A DNA stretch of 64,000 bases from Caecitellus pseudoparvulus. Lineage: Eukaryota; Protista; Bigyra: Bicosoecida. Below are positions 55,301 through 64,000 of this stretch, one piece after another. A program made the position numbers and the translations under genes. The stretch's first letter is position 1. Each line of letters opens with the position of its first letter. A model generated the notes under the pieces. It was given only the letters and a program-made list of their open reading frames with translations. It ran no database searches and had not been told where the DNA came from. The stretch lies in contig CBFFRQ010000180.1 in assembly GCA_965644315.1 (NCBI GenBank), positions 48,612 through 112,611 of the forward strand. Direction: 5' to 3'.

Positions 55301-58300
55301 CCCGAGTGTGTCGGGCACGCCCAGTGTGAGCGGTACGGCGACGGCCAGTGCGAGTGGGACGGCGTCTGGCACGGTGTCGGGCACGGCGAGCGTGAGCGGG
55401 AGCCCGAGTGTGTCGGGCACGCCCAGTGTGAGCGGTACGGCGACGGCCAGTGCGAGTGGGACGGCGTCTGGCACGGTGTCGGGCACGGCGAGCGTGAGCG
55501 GGAGCCCGAGTGTGTCGGGCACGCCCAGTGTGAGCGGTACGGCGACGACGAGCGTGAGCGGGAGCCCGAGTGTGTCGGGCACGCCCAGTGTGAGCGGTAC
55601 GGCGACGGCCAGTGCGAGTGGGACGGCGTCTGGCACGGTGTCGGGCACGGCGAGCGTGAGCGGGAGCCCGAGTGTGTCGGGCACGCCCAGTGTGAGCGGT
55701 ACGGCGACGGCGAGCGTGAGCGGGAGCCCGAGTGTGTCGGGCACGCCCAGTGTGAGCGGTACGGCGACGGCCAGTGCGAGTGGGACGGCGTCTGGCACGG
55801 TGTCGGGCACGGCGAGCGTGAGCGGGAGCCCGAGTGTGTCGGGCACGCCCAGTGTGAGCGGTACGGCGACGGCCAGTGCGAGTGGGACGGCGTCTGGCAC
55901 GGTGTCGGGCACGGCGAGCGTGAGCGGGAGCCCGAGTGTGTCGGGCACGCCCAGTGTGAGCGGTACGGCGACGGCCAGTGCGAGTGGGACGGCGTCTGGC
56001 ACGGTGTCGGGCACGGCGAGCGTGAGCGGGAGCCCGAGTGTGTCGGGCACGCCCAGTGTGAGCGGTACGGCGACGGCCAGTGCGAGTGGGACGGCGTCTG
56101 GCACGGTGTCGGGCACGGCGAGCGTGAGCGGGAGCCCGAGTGTGTCGGGCACGCCCAGTGTGAGCGGTACGGCGACGGCCAGTGCGAGTGGGACGGCGTC
56201 TGGCACGGTGTCGGGCACGGCGAGCGTGAGCGGGAGCCCGAGTGTGTCGGGCACGCCCAGTGTGAGCGGTACGGCGACGGCCAGTGCGAGTGGGACGGCG
56301 TCTGGCACGGTGTCGGGCACGGCGAGCGTGAGCGGGAGCCCGAGTGTGTCGGGCACGCCCAGTGTGAGCGGTACGGCGACGACGAGCGTGAGCGGGAGCC
56401 CGAGTGTGTCGGGCACGCCCAGTGTGAGCGGTACGGCGACGGCCAGTGCGAGTGGGACGGCGTCTGGCACGGTGTCGGGCACGGCGAGCGTGAGCGGGAG
56501 CCCGAGTGTGTCGGGCACGCCCAGTGTGAGCGGTACGGCGACGGCCAGTGCGAGTGGGACGGCGTCTGGCACGGTGTCGGGCACGGCGAGCGTGAGCGGG
56601 AGCCCGAGTGTGTCGGGCACGCCCAGTGTGAGCGGTACGGCGACGGCCAGTGCGAGTGGGACGGCGTCTGGCACGGTGTCGGGCACGGCGAGCGTGAGCG
56701 GGAGCCCGAGTGTGTCGGGCACGCCCAGTGTGAGCGGTACGGCGACGGCCAGTGCGAGTGGGACGGCGTCTGGCACGGTGTCGGGCACGGCGAGCGTGAG
56801 CGGGAGCCCGAGTGTGTCGGGCACGCCCAGTGTGAGCGGTACGGCGTCGCGTAGCGTGAGCGGGAGCCCGAGTGTGTCGGGCACGCCCAGTGTGAGCGGT
56901 ACGGCGACGGCCAGTGCGAGTGGGACGGCGTCTGGCACGGTGTCGGGCACGGCGAGCGTGAGCGGGAGCCCGAGTGTGTCGGGCACGCCCAGTGTGAGCG
57001 GTACGGCGACGGCCAGTGCGAGTGGGACGGCGTCTGGCACGGTGTCGGGCACGGCGAGCGTGAGCGGGAGCCCGAGTGTGTCGGGCACGCCCAGTGTGAG
57101 CGGTACGGCGACGGCCAGTGCGAGTGGGACGGCGTCTGGCACGGTGTCGGGCACGGCGAGCGTGAGCGGGAGCCCGAGTGTGTCGGGCACGCCCAGTGTG
57201 AGCGGTACGGCGACGGCCAGTGCGAGTGGGACGGCGTCTGGCACGGTGTCGGGCACGGCGAGCGTGAGCGGGAGCCCGAGTGTGTCGGGCACGCCCAGTG
57301 TGAGCGGTACGGCGACGGCCAGTGCGAGTGGGACGGCGTCTGGCACGGTGTCGGGCACGGCGAGCGTGAGCGGGAGCCCGAGTGTGTCGGGCACGCCCAG
57401 TGTGAGCGGTACGGCGACGACGAGCGTGAGCGGGAGCCCGAGTGTGTCGGGCACGCCCAGTGTGAGCGGTACGGCGACGGCCAGTGCGAGTGGGACGGCG
57501 TCTGGCACGGTGTCGGGCACGGCGAGCGTGAGCGGGAGCCCGAGTGTGTCGGGCACGCCCAGTGTGAGCGGTACGGCGACGGCCAGTGCGAGTGGGACGG
57601 CGTCTGGCACGGTGTCGGGCACGGCGAGCGTGAGCGGGAGCCCGAGTGTGTCGGGCACGCCCAGTGTGAGCGGTACGGCGACGTGCGCAGTGCGAGCGGG
57701 AGGCCGAGTGTGTCGGGCACGCCCAGTGTGAGCGGTACGGCGACGGCCAGTGCGAGTGGGACGGCGTCTGGCACGGTGTCGGGCACGGCGAGCGTGAGCG
57801 GGAGCCCGAGTGTGTCGGGCACGCCCAGTGTGAGCGGTACGGCGACGGCCAGTGCGAGTGGGACGGCGTCTGGCACGGTGTCGGGCACGGCGAGCGTGAG
57901 CGGGAGCCCGAGTGTGTCGGGCACGCCCAGTGTGAGCGGTACGGCGACGGCCAGTGCGAGTGGGACGGCGTCTGGCACGGTGTCGGGCACGGCGAGCGTG
58001 AGCGGGAGCCCGAGTGTGTCGGGCACGCCCAGTGTGAGCGGTACGGCGACGGCCAGTGCGAGTGGGACGGCGTCTGGCACGGTGTCGGGCACGGCGAGCG
58101 TGAGCGGGAGCCCGAGTGTGTCGGGCACGCCCAGTGTGAGCGGTACGGCGACGACGAGCGTGAGCGGGAGCCCGAGTGTGTCGGGCACGCCCAGTGTGAG
58201 CGGTACGGCGACGGCCAGTGCGAGTGGGACGGCGTCTGGCACGGTGTCGGGCACGGCGAGCGTGAGCGGGAGCCCGAGTGTGTCGGGCACGCCCAGTGTG

Positions 58301-61300
58301 AGCGGTACGGCGACGGCCGTGCGAGGCGGCGTGAGCGGGAGCGCCGAGTGTGTCGGGCACGCCCAGTGTGAGCGGCACGGCGACGGCCAGTGCGAGTGGG
58401 ACGGCGTCTGGCACGGTGTCGGGCACGGCGAGCGTGAGCGGGAGCCCGAGTGTGTCGGGCACGCCCAGTGTGAGCGGTACGGCGACGGCCAGTGCGAGTG
58501 GGACGGCGTCTGGCACGGTGTCGGGCACGGCGAGCGTGAGCGGGAGCCCGAGTGTGTCGGGCACGCCCAGTGTGAGCGGTACGGCGACGGCCAGTGCGAG
58601 TGGGACGGCGTCTGGCACGGTGTCGGGCACGGCGAGCGTGAGCGGGAGCCCGAGTGTGTCGGGCACGCCCAGTGTGAGCGGTACGGCGACGTCGAGCGTG
58701 AGCGGGAGCCCGAGTGTGTCGGGCACGCCCAGTGTGAGCGGTACGGCGACGGCCAGTGCGAGTGGGACGGCGTCTGGCACGGTGTCGGGCACGGCGAGCG
58801 TGAGCGGGAGCCCGAGTGTGTCGGGCACGCCCAGTGTGAGCGGTACGGCGACGGCCAGTGCGAGTGGGACGGCGTCTGGCACGGTGTCGGGCACGGCGAG
58901 CGTGAGCGGGAGCCCGAGTGTGTCGGGCACGCCCAGTGTGAGCGGTACGGCGACGGCCAGTGCGAGTGGGACGGCGTCTGGCACGGTGTCGGGCACGGCG
59001 AGCGTGAGCGGGAGCCCGAGTGTGTCGGGCACGCCCAGTGTGAGCGGCACGGCGACGGCCAGTGCGAGTGGGACGGCGTCTGGCACGGTGTCGGGCACGG
59101 CGAGCGTGAGCGGGAGCCCGAGTGTGTCGGGCACGCCCAGTGTGAGCGGTACGGCGACGGCCAGTGCGAGTGGGACGGCGTCTGGCACGGTGTCGGGCAC
59201 GGCGAGCGTGAGCGGGAGCCCGAGTGTGTCGGGCACGCCCAGTGTGAGCGGTACGGCGACGGCCAGTGCGAGTGGGACGGCGTCTGGCACGGTGTCGGGC
59301 ACGGCGAGCGTGAGCGGGAGCCCGAGTGTGTCGGGCACGCCCAGTGTGAGCGGTACGGCGACGTCGAGCGTGAGCGGGAGCCCGAGTGTGTCGGGCACGC
59401 CCAGTGTGAGCGGTACGGCGACGGCCAGTGCGAGTGGGACGGCGTCTGGCACGGTGTCGGGCACGGCGAGCGTGAGCGGGAGCCCGAGTGTGTCGGGCAC
59501 GCCCAGTGTGAGCGGTACGGCGACGGCCAGTGCGAGTGGGACGGCGTCTGGCACGGTGTCGGGCACGGCGAGCGTGAGCGGGAGCCCGAGTGTGTCGGGC
59601 ACGCCCAGTGTGAGCGGTACGGCGACGGCCAGTGCGAGTGGGACGGCGTCTGGCACGGTGTCGGGCACGGCGAGCGTGAGCGGGAGCCCGAGTGTGTCGG
59701 GCACGCCCAGTGTGAGCGGTACGGCGACGGCCAGTGCGAGTGGGACGGCGTCTGGCACGGTGTCGGGCACGGCGAGCGTGAGCGGGAGCCCGAGTGTGTC
59801 GGGCACGCCCAGTGTGAGCGGTACGGCGACGGCCAGTGCGAGCGGGAGCCCGAGTGTGTCGGGCACGCCCAGTGTGAGCGGCACGGCGACGGCCAGTGCG
59901 AGTGGGACGGCGTCTGGCACGGTGTCGGGCACGGCGAGCGTGAGCGGGAGCCCGAGTGTGTCGGGCACGCCCAGTGTGAGCGGTACGGCGACGGCCAGTG
60001 CGAGTGGGACGGCGTCTGGCACGGTGTCGGGCACGGCGAGCGTGAGCGGGAGCCCGAGTGTGTCGGGCACGCCCAGTGTGAGCGGTACGGCGACGGCCAG
60101 TGCGAGTGGGACGGCGTCTGGCACGGTGTCGGGCACGGCGAGCGTGAGCGGGAGCCCGAGTGTGTCGGGCACGCCCAGTGTGAGCGGTACGGCGACGGCC
60201 AGTGCGAGTGGGACGGCGTCTGGCACGGTGTCGGGCACGGCGAGCGTGAGCGGGAGCCCGAGTGTGTCGGGCACGCCCAGTGTGAGCGGTACGGCGACGG
60301 CCAGTGCGAGTGGGACGGCGTCTGGCACGGTGTCGGGCACGGCGAGCGTGAGCGGGAGCCCGAGTGTGTCGGGCACGCCCAGTGTGAGCGGCGGCGACGG
60401 CCAGTGCGAGTGGGACGGCGTCTGTCACGGTGTCGGCGAGGCCGTGCGTGTGCGGGAGCCCGAGTGTGTCGGGCACGCCCAGTGTGAGCGGTACGGCGAC
60501 GGCCAGTGCGAGTGGGACGGCGTCTGGCACGGTGTCGGGCACGGCGAGCGTGAGCGGGAGCCCGAGTGTGTCGGGCACGCCCAGTGTGAGCGGTACGGCG
60601 ACGGCCAGTGCGAGTGGGACGGCGTCTGGCACGGTGTCGGGCACGGCGAGCGTGAGCGGGAGCCCGAGTGTGTCGGGCACGCCCAGTGTGAGCGGTACGG
60701 CGACGGCCAGTGCGAGTGGGACGGCGTCTGGCACGGTGTGTCGGGCACGCCCAGTGTGAGCGGTACGGCGACGGCCAGTGCGAGTGGGACGGCGTCTGGC
60801 ACGGTGTCGGGCACGGCGAGCGTGAGCGGGAGCCCGAGTGTGTCGGGCACGCCCAGTGTGAGCGGTACGGCGACGGCCAGTGCGAGTGGGACGGCGTCTG
60901 GCACGGTGTCGGGCACGGCGAGCGTGAGCGGGAGCCCGAGTGTGTCGGGCACGCCCAGTGTGAGCGGTACGGCGACGGCCAGTGCGAGTGGGACGGCGTC
61001 TGGCACGGTGTCGGGCACGGCGAGCGTGAGCGGGAGCCCGAGTGTGTCGGGCACGCCCAGTGTGAGCGGTACGGCGACGGCCAGTGCGAGTGGGACGGCG
61101 TCTGGCACGGTGTCGGGCACGGCGAGCGTGAGCGGGAGCCCGAGTGTGTCGGGCACGCCCAGTGTGAGCGGTACGGCGACGAGTCGAGCGTGAGCGGGAG
61201 CGCCGAGTGTGTCGGGCACGCCCAGTGTGAGCGGTACGGCGACGGCCAGTGCGAGTGGGACGGCGTCTGGCACGGTGTCGGGCACGGCGAGCGTGAGCGG

Positions 61301-64000
61301 GAGCCCGAGTGTGTCGGGCACGCCCAGTGTGAGCGGTACGGCGACGGCGAGCGTGAGCGGGAGCCCGAGTGTGTCGGGCACGCCCAGTGTGAGCGGTACG
61401 GCGACGGCCAGTGCGAGTGGGACGGCGTCTGGCACGGTGTCGGGCACGGCGAGCGTGAGCGGGAGCCCGAGTGTGTCGGGCACGCCCAGTGTGAGCGGTA
61501 CGGCGACGGCCAGTGCGAGTGGGACGGCGTCTGGCACGGTGTCGGGCACGGCGAGCGTGAGCGGGAGCCCGAGTGTGTCGGGCACGCCCAGTGTGAGCGG
61601 TACGGCGACGGCCAGTGCGAGTGGGACGGCGTCTGGCACGGTGTCGGGCACGGCGAGCGTGAGCGGGAGCCCGAGTGTGTCGGGCACGCCCAGTGTGAGC
61701 GGTACGGCGACGGCCAGTGCGAGTGGGACGGCGTCTGGCACGGTGTCGGGCACGGCGAGCGTGAGCGGGAGCCCGAGTGTGTCGGGCACGCCCAGTGTGA
61801 GCGGTACGGCGACGGCCAGTGCGAGTGGGACGGCGTCTGGCACGGTGTCGGGCACGGCGAGCGTGAGCGGGAGCCCGAGTGTGTCGGGCACGCCCAGTGT
61901 GAGCGGTACGGCGACGGCCAGTGCGAGTGGGACGGCGTCTGGCACGGTGTCGGGCACGGCGAGCGTGAGCGGGAGCCCGAGTGTGTCGGGCACGCCCAGT
62001 GTGAGCGGTACGGCGACGGCCAGTGCGAGTGGGACGGCGTCTGGCACGGTGTCGGGCACGGCGAGCGTGAGCGGGAGCCCGAGTGTGTCGGGCACGCCCA
62101 GTGTGAGCGGTACGGCGACGGCCAGTGCGAGTGGGACGGCGTCTGGCACGGTGTCGGGCACGGCGAGCGTGAGCGGGAGCCCGAGTGTGTCGGGCACGCC
62201 CAGTGTGAGCGGTACGGCGACGGCCAGTGCGAGTGGGACGGCGTCTGGCACGGTGTCGGGCACGGCGAGCGTGAGCGGGAGCCCGAGTGTGTCGGGCACG
62301 CCCAGTGTGAGCGGACGGCGACGTCAGCGTGAGCGAGCGACGCCCAGTGGGCGGCACGGCGTGCGGGACGGCGTCTGGCACGGTGTCGGGCACGGCGAGC
62401 GTGAGCGGGAGCCCGAGTGTGTCGGGCACGCCCAGTGTGAGCGGTACGGCGACGGCCAGTGCGAGTGGGACGGCGTCTGGCACGGTGTCGGGCACGGCGA
62501 GCGTGAGCGGGAGCCCGAGTGTGTCGGGCACGCCCAGTGTGAGCGGCACGGCGACGGCCAGTGCGAGTGGGACGGCGTCTGGCACGGTGTCGGGCACGGC
62601 GAGCGTGAGCGGGAGCCCGAGTGTGTCGGGCACGCCCAGTGTGAGCGGTACGGCGACGGCCAGTGCGAGTGGGACGGCGTCTGGCACGGTGTCGGGCACG
62701 GCGAGCGTGAGCGGGAGCCCGAGTGTGTCGGGCACGCCCAGTGTGAGCGGTACGGCGACGGCCAGTGCGAGTGGGACGGCGTCTGGCACGGTGTCGGGCA
62801 CGGCGAGCGTGAGCGGGAGCCCGAGTGTGTCGGGCACGCCCAGTGTGAGCGGTACGGCGACGGCCAGTGCGAGTGGGACGGCGTCTGGCACGGTGTCGGG
62901 CACGGCGAGCGTGAGCGGGAGCCCGAGTGTGTCGGGCACGCCCAGTGTGAGCGGTACGGCGACGGCCAGTGCGAGTGGGACGGCGTCTGGCACGGTGTCG
63001 GGCACGGCGAGCGTGAGCGGGAGCCCGAGTGTGTCGGGCACGCCCAGTGTGAGCGGTACGGCGACGGCCAGTGCGAGTGGGACGGCGTCTGGCACGGTGT
63101 CGGGCACGGCGAGCGTGAGCGGGAGCCCGAGTGTGTCGGGCACGCCCAGTGTGAGCGGCACGGCGACGGCCAGTGCGAGTGGGACGGCGTCTGGCACGGT
63201 GTCGGGCACGGCGAGCGTGAGCGGGAGCCCGAGTGTGTCGGGCACGCCCAGTGTGAGCGGTACGGCGACGGCCAGTGCGAGTGGGACGGCGTCTGGCACG
63301 GTGTCGGGCACGGCGAGCGTGAGCGGGAGCCCGAGTGTGTCGGGCACGCCCAGTGTGAGCGGTACGGCGACGATCGAGGCGGGAGCGGGAGCCCGAGTGT
63401 GTCGGGCACGCCCAGTGTGAGCGGTACGGCGACGGCCAGTGCGAGTGGGACGGCGTCTGGCACGGTGTCGGGCACGGCGAGCGTGAGCGGGAGCCCGAGT
63501 GTGTCGGGCACGCCCAGTGTGAGCGGTACGGCGACGGCCAGTGCGAGTGGGACGGCGTCTGGCACGGTGTCGGGCACGGCGAGCGTGAGCGGGAGCCCGA
63601 GTGTGTCGGGCACGCCCAGTGTGAGCGGTACGGCGACGGCCAGTGCGAGTGGGACGGCGTCTGGCACGGTGTCGGGCACGGCGAGCGTGAGCGGGAGCCC
63701 GAGTGTGTCGGGCACGCCCAGTGTGAGCGGTACGGCGACGGCCAGTGCGAGTGGGACGGCGTCTGGCACGGTGTCGGGCACGGCGAGCGTGAGCGGGAGC
63801 CCGAGTGTGTCGGGCACGCCCAGTGTGAGCGGTACGGCGACGGCCAGTGCGAGCGGGACGGCGTCTGAGTGTCGAGTCGGCAGCGAGCGGGACGTCCGAG
63901 CGTGAGCGGGCACGCCGAGTGTGAGCGGCACGGCGACGGCCAGCGTGAGTGGGACGCCGAGTGTGAGCGGCACAGCGACGTCGAGCGTGAGTGGGACGCC
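43350..64000 (+). CDS. Giant secreted Ser/Thr-rich mucin-like repeat protein; frameshifted in this assembly, C-terminus beyond the window
   Basis: Signal peptide MRQGRCTSWAFALVAFLLLVPHGST and about 90 unique residues lead in frame into (GTATASASGTASGTVSGTASVSGSPSVSGTPSVS)n. Confidence 0.8.
43613..64000 (+). repeat. Coding tandem array of 102-bp long units interspersed with 60-bp short units, over 20 kb
   Basis: Period of 102 (e.g. 43623 to 43725). The short unit GTAT[T/A/S]SVSGSPSVSGTPSVS occurs at e.g. 44235, 44397 and 44865. Copies are near-identical, including synonymous sites. Confidence 0.98.

Noticed and set aside
43495-63973. Huge minus-strand ORFs (4931, 5608 and 6589 aa) and other repeat-frame ORFs
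   Set aside because: These are shadows of a stop-free tandem unit. Only the plus S/T-rich frame is linked to an ATG and a signal peptide.
43613-64000. CRISPR array, telomere or centromeric satellite interpretation
   Set aside because: There are no unique spacers, the unit lengths are multiples of 3, and the array is in frame with a signal-peptide exon.

Overview
Eukaryotic nuclear DNA from a GC-rich, very compact genome with short GT-AG introns (mostly about 55-140 nt). The organism is probably a flagellated protist; a stramenopile affinity is only a tentative inference. Bases 1-43 kb hold about 21 tightly packed protein genes and two tRNA genes (His-GTG, Gly-CCC). The protein genes are: Rab23-like GTPase, EXPERA, DMT/EamA transporter, selenoprotein S-like, Mpo1/DUF962, EF-hand protein, R3H-DEAH helicase, ACAA2 thiolase, ATG27/MPR-like, ARL6, DENN, Rad7-like LRR, COQ2, FHIP/FAM160, TrpC-TrpF fusion, FAM173-like methyltransferase, LtrA-like, a membrane-anchored USP, and three unknowns. 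From 43350 to the window end lies one giant, probably secreted Ser/Thr/Gly/Val/Ala/Pro mucin-like gene built from more than 20 kb of near-identical 102-bp and 60-bp units. The strongest hidden signal is a selenoprotein S gene that the ORF track truncates at its Sec codon (ending ...KRGG-UGA-G-UAA). Its 3'UTR carries a stop-proximal hairpin, a second perfect 14-bp hairpin, and a type-II SECIS-like element with a non-canonical ACGA core. Other notable points are a 169-nt antisense CDS overlap, candidate core-promoter (CAATTTC) and 3'-end (AATGCA) motifs, a tRNA-Gly with A1:U72, and unusual domain architectures in the helicase and the USP.
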